Part shown: positions 32,920 through 41,557 of the stretch, piece after piece | Position numbering within the stretch: the first letter of the stretch is position 1 | Layout: every line of letters begins with the position of its first letter | Assembly: GCA_012837925.1 (NCBI GenBank) | Contig: DUQE01000049.1 | Span: 13,997-77,996, forward strand | Reading direction: 5' to 3' | Source: Bacillota bacterium | GTDB taxonomy: Bacteria > Bacillota > Limnochordia > Darwinibacteriales > Darwinibacteriaceae | DNA: 64,000 nt | The notes under the pieces: generated by a model | Databases searched by the model: none | The model's input: the letters and a program-made list of their open reading frames with translations, nothing else | Told to the model about the DNA's origin: nothing | Position numbers and translations under genes: made by a program

Positions 32920-33633
32920 CTATTGACTGTAATAACGAAGTAGGCCGGCAAATATCGCAGCCGCCACTTGTTTTTGATAACTGGCTTGACTAAGCAACTC
33001 AGCCTCCCGCGGGTTCGACAAAAACCCAACTTCTACCATGGCAGCAGGCATCGTTGTATCCCGCAATACGCGAAAATCCCCCGGTCGAGCCAGGCGATTG
33101 TTTGGACCTAAATGCCGCACTAATTCTGTCTGCAACGTTCGTGCCAAGTGTTGACCAGAGACACTGCCTTCATAGTAAAAGGTCTGAGCGCCAGACCAGA
33201 TTGAAGAGGGAAAGTAATTGGCGTGGATAGAGATGTAAAGGTCTGCGTCGGCCTCTTCGGCAATAAGCACTCTGCGTTTGAGGTCCTGGCGCTTGCGGTT
33301 GAGAAGATGGGTTTCACTTGAGTCAGCTAAGTCGTAATCGCCGTGGCGAACCAAAATCGTATAAACAGCGGCTCGTTTCAATAGGTATTCGAGTTCCTTG
33401 GCGATTTGCAGAGTTACGTCTTTCTCCATCACACCCCCGGCACTCACCGCTCCGGGATCAATACCGCCGTGGCCGGGATCGATGACAATGGTCCTTCCCG
33501 ACAGCCCCCTCTGAATGGTGCCACCCGATACCGGGATAAAATCTGCCCCGTTGGTTCCCAAGAAGATACCCAAGGTTAGGCAAGCACAAATCCACCACAG
33601 TACCTGCCTTGCGCTGAAAAACCAGACCCGCAT
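32920..33633 (-). CDS. cwlD: N-acetylmuramoyl-L-alanine amidase (Amidase_3, CwlD-like)
   Basis: N-terminal TM, then VIDPGHGGIDPGA...ISIHANY...GFLSN motifs of Amidase_3. The compact size is like germination-specific CwlD. Confidence 0.75.
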   Translation of the reverse strand: MRVWFFSARQVLWWICACLTLGIFLGTNGADFIPVSGGTIQRGLSGRTIVIDPGHGGIDPGAVSAGGVMEKDVTLQIAKELEYLLKRAAVYTILVRHGDYDLADSSETHLLNRKRQDLKRRVLIAEEADADLYISIHANYFPSSIWSGAQTFYYEGSVSGQHLARTLQTELVRHLGPNNRLARPGDFRVLRDTTMPAAMVEVGFLSNPREAELLSQASYQKQVAAAIFAGLLRYYSQ

Positions 33634-33659
33634 AAAAACACCTCCACACCCAAAAGTAT

Positions 33660-34274
33660 TCAGGGTTGGAGGTGTTTACAACTCTTCAGGACACGAAATC
33701 CCGCTTTCTTTTCGATTGTCTCGCAATTCCCAGCCAACTCAGAGAGATAGGACTCGAGGCTCCTGGCACCCTGTTTGGTTCGGATGACCACGGCCAAACA
33801 TCCTCCTGGTCTGAGTTTAGAAAAGGCTCTGGTCAGGAGCTCATAATAGACAGCTTTGCCTGCCCTAATGGGCGGGTTGGAGAGTACCCAATCACAGGTA
33901 AAATCTTCTGGCAAGGCCAGCACACCATCGCCCACGAAGACCTGGGCATGCCTGATCCCGTTTCTCTCTACGTTCTTTCGAGCCAACTCGCAAGCTCGCT
34001 CATTCACATCTACCATGTAGACCTGACCCGTCTCCCCCACAAGTGTTGCGGCTACAATCCCAATCGGTCCATAACCACAACCAAGGTCCAACACAGTCTG
34101 GCCCGGCTGCAAAGATAAGGTCTCGATGAGAATCTTACTGCCCAGATCGACTTCGTCTTTAGAGAACACACCAGAGTCCGTCAAGAACGAGTACGTGCGT
34201 CCTCGCAACTCCTCTGTGAACTCCTTAAACCTGTGCTCTACACTGGGCTTATTAGTGAAATAATGCTCTGCCAT
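33660..34274 (-). CDS. Class I SAM-dependent methyltransferase (MTS/RsmC-like small domain)
   Basis: VLDLGCGYGPIG (motif I), VLSNPPIRAG (N6/N2-type NPP[FILV] motif). Confidence 0.75.
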   Translation of the reverse strand: MAEHYFTNKPSVEHRFKEFTEELRGRTYSFLTDSGVFSKDEVDLGSKILIETLSLQPGQTVLDLGCGYGPIGIVAATLVGETGQVYMVDVNERACELARKNVERNGIRHAQVFVGDGVLALPEDFTCDWVLSNPPIRAGKAVYYELLTRAFSKLRPGGCLAVVIRTKQGARSLESYLSELAGNCETIEKKAGFRVLKSCKHLQP

Positions 34275-35483
34275 CTACTTTTCTTCTCCTAGGGCTTGTC
34301 GTACGAGATTAAGATGTTCTGTGATTTCCTCAACAGCATCGTCTGGAGCTGTTTCTAGAGCTTCAAGCAGTAGCTCCTTAGCCTCTTCATAGCGTCCAAC
34401 CAGGTAGTATCCATAGCCTAGGGTATCAAGATAGATATCCTTGCGGTCAAGGCGCACCGCGCGTTCCGCCATTTCTAAGGCCTGGGGGATCTGCACTTCA
34501 CGCAGGAAGTAGTGGTAGGCAAGGTTGTTTAGGGCTAGGTGATTCTCGGGTTGACGCATCAGGACTTGTTGATAATTCTCAACCACGCCCAAGAAATTGT
34601 CCACGCCCTCGTAGGCAAAGGCTCGGTACAAATAAACCTGCCAAAACTGAGGAGCTAGAGCCAGCATTTCCTGTGTAATTCCCAAGGCGGCTTCATAATT
34701 CTTAGCCTCAAACTCCTCGAGAAAAGAATCGTTCAGTGCGCTTAAGGTAGCAAGTTTCGGTAAGGGATTGTCCTCCCACTCGTCTGGGAATGACCAGTCG
34801 GATAGCTCCATGCGAACAGGTCCTAGTGGGTCATACAGCTCTAGGAGGCTTGGTGCCCACCCTTCGGTACCATACTCCAACACAACATGCCCGCGTTCTT
34901 GGCCAAAGAGCAATTCTAACTCCACAGACGTAATCTGGCGATTTTCCAGAAGATACGATGATACAGTAACCATTGTTTTCTCGCCTTGGCGAATCAATAG
35001 GGGCAATCCTGTCTCCGCATCAAACCAGAACACAAACCCGGGATCATCGACTGCCAGGTACCGCTTTGCTTTACGGTCGGCTATGGTGTCCGTGCCTGAA
35101 TACTTCATGGGAACTCTGGAGAACTCGACCAAGGCAAACAGATAAGCCTGAACATCCTCAAACAGCCAAAACGAATCGTAGCCATATTGCATATCATTTC
35201 CGACTTGCACCTGCATAAAACCAGATTGGCTGGTGATGGTAACTGGTGCTGTCGCCGTAAAGTAGTGTACCTGAAATCCGTCGGGATAGGAAAACCGCAG
35301 TTGTCCATCCATGAGCAGAGTTGATTCTTCTCCCCTTGTCTGGTGGACGATGACATGACTACTGCCAAATGTGTGATCGAACCATTCTACTTGCGATTCC
35401 GTAGCGTGGCCAATACCAACGTATCCAAGCAAGAAAAGAATCAGTAAAGCCAAGGACACATGTGGAAATCTAGAGCGGCTCAA
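34275..35483 (-). CDS. Exported protein with C-terminal TPR repeats
   Basis: Signal peptide, N-terminal beta-rich domain, C-terminal TPR-like helices (AYEGVDNFLGVVENYQQVL...ALNNLAYHYF). Confidence 0.55.
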   Translation of the reverse strand: MSRSRFPHVSLALLILFLLGYVGIGHATESQVEWFDHTFGSSHVIVHQTRGEESTLLMDGQLRFSYPDGFQVHYFTATAPVTITSQSGFMQVQVGNDMQYGYDSFWLFEDVQAYLFALVEFSRVPMKYSGTDTIADRKAKRYLAVDDPGFVFWFDAETGLPLLIRQGEKTMVTVSSYLLENRQITSVELELLFGQERGHVVLEYGTEGWAPSLLELYDPLGPVRMELSDWSFPDEWEDNPLPKLATLSALNDSFLEEFEAKNYEAALGITQEMLALAPQFWQVYLYRAFAYEGVDNFLGVVENYQQVLMRQPENHLALNNLAYHYFLREVQIPQALEMAERAVRLDRKDIYLDTLGYGYYLVGRYEEAKELLLEALETAPDDAVEEITEHLNLVRQALGEEK

Positions 35484-36268
35484 TAGTCTGCCTCCCCCCT
35501 CAAGCCTTCAATAATGGCAACTCCAGAACTGGCCCCGAGCCGGTTCGCACCAGCTTTGATCATGGCTAGAGCACTGGCGACATCTCGAATACCTCCCGAC
35601 GCCTTGACACCGCAGTCTGGACCCACAACCTCACGCATGAGCGACACATCCTCCACCGTTGCACCGCCAGGTCCAAATCCTGTGGACGTCTTGACAAAGT
35701 CCGCTCCGGCCATTTTGGCCAATATGCAGCCTCGTACGATTTGCTCCTTGCTTAAATAGCCTGTCTCGAGAATAACTTTGAGCACCTGTCCGGATACTGC
35801 ATCACGCACAGCCTTAATATCCGAGTAAACCCTGGCATAATCTCTCTCTAGAAGGCTGCCTATGTTGAGCACCATGTCAATCTCTTCGGCCCCAGCAGCT
35901 ACAGCATCTCTGGCTTCGAGCACCTTCGTCAGTGTTGACGTTGCACCTAAGGGAAACCCAATCACAGTACAAACTCTAACATCACTGTCCCTTAGGATTC
36001 TTGCCGCGATGGGCACATGCACCGGATTGACGCAAACAGAGGCAAAGTGGTAGTCTAAAGCTTCCTGACAGATCTGCGTGATCTGAGCCTGTGAAGCAGT
36101 GGGCTTCAGTAAGGTGTGATCAATGAAAGAAGCAAGGGTGCTATCCTCAGCTGAAGCCGAGCTTCTTTTCCGCGATTGCTTTTCTACGGGAACAACCAGA
36201 CGGATCCCTTGTTTAGCTAAGGCTAAACCAATCTCTTCTTTTTGCTCTTCCAGCCACTTTTGATCCAT
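35480..36268 (-). CDS. deoC: Deoxyribose-phosphate aldolase with ~45-aa N-terminal extension
   Basis: IDHTLLKP..., Schiff-base lysine region FVKTSTGF, VKASGGIRD. Confidence 0.85.
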   Translation of the reverse strand: MDQKWLEEQKEEIGLALAKQGIRLVVPVEKQSRKRSSASAEDSTLASFIDHTLLKPTASQAQITQICQEALDYHFASVCVNPVHVPIAARILRDSDVRVCTVIGFPLGATSTLTKVLEARDAVAAGAEEIDMVLNIGSLLERDYARVYSDIKAVRDAVSGQVLKVILETGYLSKEQIVRGCILAKMAGADFVKTSTGFGPGGATVEDVSLMREVVGPDCGVKASGGIRDVASALAMIKAGANRLGASSGVAIIEGLRGEADY

Positions 36269-36271
36269 AGT

Positions 36272-36877
36272 CTACACCCTTTCGTAGTTCCATAGTTCCA
36301 CTCTACTTGTGGAAACCGCGAGCACCGGAGGCTTGATAATCTGCTCCAACTCACTTCTCGTCTCCACCAGACCGCCTGCAATCATTGGAGGAAACCGTTC
36401 GGGCAATCGTTCACGTACAGAGGGAAGCACAAGTGCCGGAAGAATCTCCACTGCATCGGGCTGGCTGGAGTGAATCATGCGCAATCCAGTTCGCAGCGCC
36501 TCCGAATCTAACATGAATAAACGTTGTATACCCAATAAACCAGCTTTTTGTGCCGCCGTAACTAAATATCCCTTGGTGGTCAAGACGCCATCGATACCAA
36601 TTTCTGAAGCCAAAACCTCCATGCCCGGCGCATCTTTAGCAATTCCTCCGATTAAGTCGACATGGGCAAACAACATCTGATCTTGCTCCTTACAGAGCGC
36701 GGCCAGTTCCCTCAACTCAAAAATATCACCCGTGAGGTAAAAACAGACCTTGATTCCCGCCTCCACTGTGTGGGGAGCATCGTTTTTTCCCTTCAGACCT
36801 GCTATGATTGGTTTTTCCGCCAAACCCGCCTTCAGGCGTGACAAGCGTTCTCGGCGCATCCGCTCCTGTCTAATCAT
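36272..36877 (-). CDS. glpP: Glycerol-3-phosphate-responsive antiterminator GlpP
   Basis: GlpP-family pattern (LFAHVDLIGGIA...IQRLFMLDSEAL...IAGGLVET...AVSTSRVELW). Confidence 0.75.
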   Translation of the reverse strand: MIRQERMRRERLSRLKAGLAEKPIIAGLKGKNDAPHTVEAGIKVCFYLTGDIFELRELAALCKEQDQMLFAHVDLIGGIAKDAPGMEVLASEIGIDGVLTTKGYLVTAAQKAGLLGIQRLFMLDSEALRTGLRMIHSSQPDAVEILPALVLPSVRERLPERFPPMIAGGLVETRSELEQIIKPPVLAVSTSRVELWNYERV

Positions 36878-38375
36878 GGGTCACCCAACTTTTCGCACTG
36901 TTCACCGCTTTCGCCCAGCCTTGAGCCAATCGTAACCGCTCGGCCTGCCGCATGATCGGGTCATATACTCCCTGCGCGTGCCAGTGCTTCTTGATGTCGT
37001 CCTGGCTATCCCAGAAGCCAACAGCCAACCCTGCCAAATAAGCGGCACCAAGAGCAGTGGTTTCAAAGACATAGGGTCTTTGCACCTCAATCGCTGTGAG
37101 ATCCGCTAAGAATTGGCAGATGAAATTGTTGACAGAAGCTCCTCCATCCACCTTCAACACCGTGAGGGGAATCTGGGAGTCCTTGGCCATTACATCTACT
37201 ACTTCCTTCGTCTGATACACTATGGCTTCAAGGGTAGCCCTAACCACATGGGCTCTCGTAACGCCACGAGTAATTCCCATCATCATGCCCCGCACATAAG
37301 GATCCCAGTGCGGTGCCCCTAAACCTACAAAGCTCGGCACAAAGTACACTCCATTGGTATCGGGGACCGACAGGGCTATGTCTTCAGTCTCAGACGCGGT
37401 CTTGATTAAGCCCATCTCGTCACGAAGCCATTGCACCGCTGCGCCAGCCACGAATACACTGCCTTCCAGTGCATACTGCACCTTTCCTCCGATGCCCCAA
37501 GCCACCGTTGTGACTAGGCCATTGGCTGAAGAAATGAGTTTGGCCCCCGTGTTCATCAAGATAAAGGCGCCCGTGCCGAATGTGGCTTTCACCGTTCCAG
37601 GTTCAAAACAAGCCTGGCCAAAGAGAGCAGCCTGTTGGTCACCAGCGGCCCCTGCAATAGGAATTCCAGCTGGAAGCGACCCAATCTGCACCGTGTGACC
37701 ATAAACTTCACTGGACGAAGCTACCTCAGGAAGGATTTCTTCGGGTACTTCGAGGGTGTCTAATAGATCACGATCCCATTTCAAGTCGGCAATATTGAAC
37801 AGCAGCGTTCTGGAGGCGTTGGTGTAGTCTGTAACGTGCCTTTGCCCCCCAGTAAGATTGTAAATGATCCACGAATCTATCGTTCCAAAGGCCAACTCAC
37901 CATTCTTCGCTCTTTCGCGGAGCTCAGGATGGTTGTCAAAGATCCATTTGAGTTTTGTTCCCGAAAAATAGGCATCCAAGACGAGACCTGTCTTCTCCCT
38001 AAAGAGCGGTTCGAGTCCCTGTCTACGCAAGTCATCACAAATCCCCGCAGTCCTGCGACATTGCCAGACGATAGCCCTGGTAACAGGCTGGCCCGTCTTG
38101 CGGTCCCAAAGAACGACCGTCTCCCGCTGGTTCGTCACACCTATCGCGACCACGTCAGAGGGGTTTACCGCGGTTTCTTGAAAAATTCGATCTAAGAGTT
38201 GGGTGGTTCCATTCCAAATCTCCTGTGCGTCATGCTCCACCCATCCCGGCTTAGGATAGTATTGCTTAAACTCCTGATATACTTTTCCTACGATTTTAGA
38301 CTGATGGTCAAAAAGGATTACAGTAGTGCCTGTAGTCCCTTGGTCAATGGCTAATACATATCTACCGAGCACCAT
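36870..38375 (-). CDS. glpK: Glycerol kinase
   Basis: YVLAIDQGTTGTTVILFD..., FGGY family. ATG 38375 with GAAGGAGG RBS. Confidence 0.95.
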   Translation of the reverse strand: MVLGRYVLAIDQGTTGTTVILFDHQSKIVGKVYQEFKQYYPKPGWVEHDAQEIWNGTTQLLDRIFQETAVNPSDVVAIGVTNQRETVVLWDRKTGQPVTRAIVWQCRRTAGICDDLRRQGLEPLFREKTGLVLDAYFSGTKLKWIFDNHPELRERAKNGELAFGTIDSWIIYNLTGGQRHVTDYTNASRTLLFNIADLKWDRDLLDTLEVPEEILPEVASSSEVYGHTVQIGSLPAGIPIAGAAGDQQAALFGQACFEPGTVKATFGTGAFILMNTGAKLISSANGLVTTVAWGIGGKVQYALEGSVFVAGAAVQWLRDEMGLIKTASETEDIALSVPDTNGVYFVPSFVGLGAPHWDPYVRGMMMGITRGVTRAHVVRATLEAIVYQTKEVVDVMAKDSQIPLTVLKVDGGASVNNFICQFLADLTAIEVQRPYVFETTALGAAYLAGLAVGFWDSQDDIKKHWHAQGVYDPIMRQAERLRLAQGWAKAVNSAKSWVTHD

Positions 38376-38417
38376 AAGCCGCCTCCTTCTGCTAACCAAG
38401 AATTCTGCAGAATGGAC

Positions 38418-38975
38418 TTATTTCCTTCCCAAGATACCCTCTTCTGTAACTAAGAAGTCCACCGCCCGATCCCAGGGGTCGGCAGCTAAATCTCTGACAA
38501 AGGAGCGGTACACCAAACCTGCTGCCATTGCATTCGTAGTGGTTAGAAAACGATCATAATAGCCTCCGCCGTAGCCAATGCGAAAGCCTCGTTCTGAAAA
38601 GGCTAGTCCCGGAACAATGACCAAATCTAACTCCTCGGGTGGCACGCTCGGCGCATCTGGTCCTGGTTCCAAAATTCCATAAACGGCTGGGGTCAAGTTC
38701 TCGCGAGAAGTGTAACGCCGCGCGACGAGTCCTTTCGGATCACTTTGCACAACTGGTACATAGACCTCTTTACCACGTTTTTGGAGATCGTCCACGATGG
38801 GCCAAGTATTGATCTCCCAACCAAAGGAGAGATACACCATTACTTTTTGCGCCTGGGCATACATGGAGGAATGGGCAAGGTGCTCAAAAATGCTTTGATC
38901 CCAGATTTCACGCTGGGCCTTTGGAACCTGTCCGCGTTCCCTTTTCAGAGACTTGCGTAACACCTCTTTAGTCAT
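38418..38975 (-). CDS. 5-formyltetrahydrofolate cyclo-ligase
   Basis: 185 aa, MTHFS family, GYGGGYYDRFL C-terminal motif. Confidence 0.8.
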   Translation of the reverse strand: MTKEVLRKSLKRERGQVPKAQREIWDQSIFEHLAHSSMYAQAQKVMVYLSFGWEINTWPIVDDLQKRGKEVYVPVVQSDPKGLVARRYTSRENLTPAVYGILEPGPDAPSVPPEELDLVIVPGLAFSERGFRIGYGGGYYDRFLTTTNAMAAGLVYRSFVRDLAADPWDRAVDFLVTEEGILGRK

Positions 38976-40263
38976 TGTTTATCACCGGCCTTATGATCGA
39001 TATCGTGGCGTGGTCCCAATCAAGCTGTCGGACGAGGGCCTCTTGCACTTCTTCCGTCGTGACACTTTGGAGCAAGTCTAAGTATTTGTGGAGGGGCATC
39101 TCCCTAAAGTAGTAGGAGATCAACCGATTTGCCGTATATTCAAAGGAATCATACGAGGCAAGATGGGCCCCATGAAGCTGCCGCTTAAGACGTTCCACGT
39201 CACTTGCAGAGACGCCGCCTGCCTTCAAACCATCAATGATGGTCCGTAACTGGGCATGAAGAGCATCAGGATCTCGAGTCTCTGATCCAATGACAGAGTA
39301 GGCGTACTGAGGGTCTCCGTTGAAGCTCGCTCCGAAGGAATCGTTGATCAAGTCGGCCTCATAGAGGTTGCCATAACTTATCGAACTCCGTCCCGCAATC
39401 AGACGCAGAGCAATGGACATGATAACTTGCTGCCTCAAGAGGTCTTCTCCCTGCCAAAGGGGCTCATGCTTGAATCCCAAGAGGTAGCGTGGCTGTGAGA
39501 TATGAAGCTGTTCTTCGACCCAGTCGCTTTTTACACCTCGGGGCTCTTCAGGATAGAGGCGCTCAATGGCTCCCTGCTCCTTCGTCCATGCTGGGTAGTT
39601 GGCCTCAATGATCTGCAGAGTCTCTTTTGGATCCACATCGCCGACCACAGCTAGGGCAAGGTTGTTGGGTTGATAGAATGTGTTGTAGCAGCGGAACAGA
39701 TCCTCGACAGTGATACTTTGCACCGATTCTACTGTGCCTCCAATGTCGAGCCGCACGGGATGCTCATGATACAGATTCTCCAGCAATAGAGTGTGAATGC
39801 GATGATCGGGGTGATCTGCGTACATCTGCAATTCCTGAACAATAATGCCCTTTTCTTTTTCCACATTCTCCTTCGTCAAAAAGGGACGATTCACGAACTC
39901 CATCAGAAGTGTAAGGCAGCCCTTCCAGTTTTCTGTGGTCGTAAAAAGATAGCTCGTTTGGTTATAGCTCGTAAAGGCGTTGACTGACGCCCCCCATTCT
40001 GCAAAGCGTCCAAAGACGTTGCCTTCCTCTTCTTCAAAGAGCTTGTGCTCAAGAAAATGGGCGATACCTGCCGGAACGCCTATGGGAGCATCGGCTTGGC
40101 CAGAGCCTTTGAGACGAAATCTAGAGTCCAAGGAGCCATAACGTGCAGACAAGACCCCATAGGTTCTCAAGAACTTCGGCTTGGGCAGGACGAAACAGGT
40201 TAAACCATTTGAAAGCGTCTTGCTGTAGATAGTGTCGCCCGTGGGAGTCTTAATGGTCTCCAT
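38968..40263 (-). CDS. M16 (pitrilysin) family zinc peptidase, catalytic subunit
   Basis: HxxEH inverted zincin motif (GIAHFLEHKLF). ATG 40263 with GGAAGGAG RBS. Confidence 0.8.
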   Translation of the reverse strand: METIKTPTGDTIYSKTLSNGLTCFVLPKPKFLRTYGVLSARYGSLDSRFRLKGSGQADAPIGVPAGIAHFLEHKLFEEEEGNVFGRFAEWGASVNAFTSYNQTSYLFTTTENWKGCLTLLMEFVNRPFLTKENVEKEKGIIVQELQMYADHPDHRIHTLLLENLYHEHPVRLDIGGTVESVQSITVEDLFRCYNTFYQPNNLALAVVGDVDPKETLQIIEANYPAWTKEQGAIERLYPEEPRGVKSDWVEEQLHISQPRYLLGFKHEPLWQGEDLLRQQVIMSIALRLIAGRSSISYGNLYEADLINDSFGASFNGDPQYAYSVIGSETRDPDALHAQLRTIIDGLKAGGVSASDVERLKRQLHGAHLASYDSFEYTANRLISYYFREMPLHKYLDLLQSVTTEEVQEALVRQLDWDHATISIIRPVINND

Positions 40264-41557
40264 GATATGCTCCTTCCTGCTCCTTTGGTTCTGTGCTTTG
40301 CGGACGAAGTATGTAGGTGGTATCAAGCTTGATATCTTGCATCACCCGTATGCACGCATCATATTCCACACGCCTGATGGATTCCACTACCTGATCGATG
40401 GTACGCAGTTCTCCCTCTACGATGCCAATAAGGTTGCGATCGATGATTCCCGCGGGATTGTCATTGATGCTGGTCATGGCGCCTATCAGCCCACGCTTCG
40501 TCTGCTCAAGTTCGTCTGGGGTGATTTCCCCCTGCTGCATGGCGGTGACCTGCTCCTTGATAATCTGCAAGGCTTCCTCTTGCTTGTCATCGCTGATACC
40601 AGCCGTTATGGTCATCAAGCCTTTGCTCCCTTCGATGTTGGAGCCGACGTAGTACGCCAGGCTGGCTTTTTCCCGTACGTTCATGAACAGTTTCGAGTGG
40701 GCAAAACCGCCGAGGATCCCGTTGGCGACAAGTAGAGCATAATAGTCATCATCCAGGTACGTACGATTTGTACGGTAACCCATGGCCAGGACCGCCTGGT
40801 TCAAGTCCATGGTTTCCTCGAAGAACCTTTCGTCATCGACCTGAATCTTCGTCGCGGTCTCCAGTTGCGTAGTACGGTCGCGGGAGGGAATCAGCGAAGC
40901 AAAGAGCTTCGCCACCCGGTCAAGGTTGCGTCCTACGCAGAAAATGTCGACTGGATACTTCCATAAAAGATTCTGGTAATGCTCGAACACATCGCCGTTT
41001 GTAAGCTGGGTCAAAGTGTCTAGATCACCATATTTGTAGATCCCAAAAGGCTCATCCGCACACATCAGTGCAACAAAACGAGCCAGGGCATAGGAACGCC
41101 TGTCATTGACAAGACCCTTTAGGTCCTGTTCCAGAGTCGAACGTTCCTGTTCAAAGTAGGAGTCGACGAAGCGATCACCTGGTCCTTGCGGCTGCGTAAA
41201 AATCTCCCAAAATGTTCGCAGGCCACGTTCGAGCAACGTATCACCCTCCGGCAAGAGGTTTGGATCTACCATTTGCAGATAGAACTCCAGGATCTGCCGT
41301 TCCCCGATCTTCAAGACATCGGATCCTAGTTCAGCAGCATACAAATCCTCTAACTCTCGGGCAATGTGCAACGTCGAAGGGAACTTCTGCGAACCCCTCC
41401 GCAAGAGCAAAGGCAACAGCGCTGTACTGGTAGCGTCTTTTCCTTTTAAGTCCTGCTGGATAAACACTTTACAGGTCAGGGACTTGAACTTATCCGTTTC
41501 GCACAGGTGTAAGCGTACACCCTGGCCTAGTTCACGCTCTATAAATTTCACAGCCAT
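40250..41557 (-). CDS. M16-family peptidase-like protein, non-catalytic partner (no HxxEH)
   Basis: M16 fold-like sequence lacking the zinc-binding HxxEH. Adjacent and translationally overlapped with the catalytic M16 gene. Start uncertain (ATG 41557 / GTG 41551 / ATG 41572). Confidence 0.65.
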   Translation of the reverse strand: MAVKFIERELGQGVRLHLCETDKFKSLTCKVFIQQDLKGKDATSTALLPLLLRRGSQKFPSTLHIARELEDLYAAELGSDVLKIGERQILEFYLQMVDPNLLPEGDTLLERGLRTFWEIFTQPQGPGDRFVDSYFEQERSTLEQDLKGLVNDRRSYALARFVALMCADEPFGIYKYGDLDTLTQLTNGDVFEHYQNLLWKYPVDIFCVGRNLDRVAKLFASLIPSRDRTTQLETATKIQVDDERFFEETMDLNQAVLAMGYRTNRTYLDDDYYALLVANGILGGFAHSKLFMNVREKASLAYYVGSNIEGSKGLMTITAGISDDKQEEALQIIKEQVTAMQQGEITPDELEQTKRGLIGAMTSINDNPAGIIDRNLIGIVEGELRTIDQVVESIRRVEYDACIRVMQDIKLDTTYILRPQSTEPKEQEGAYHGDH

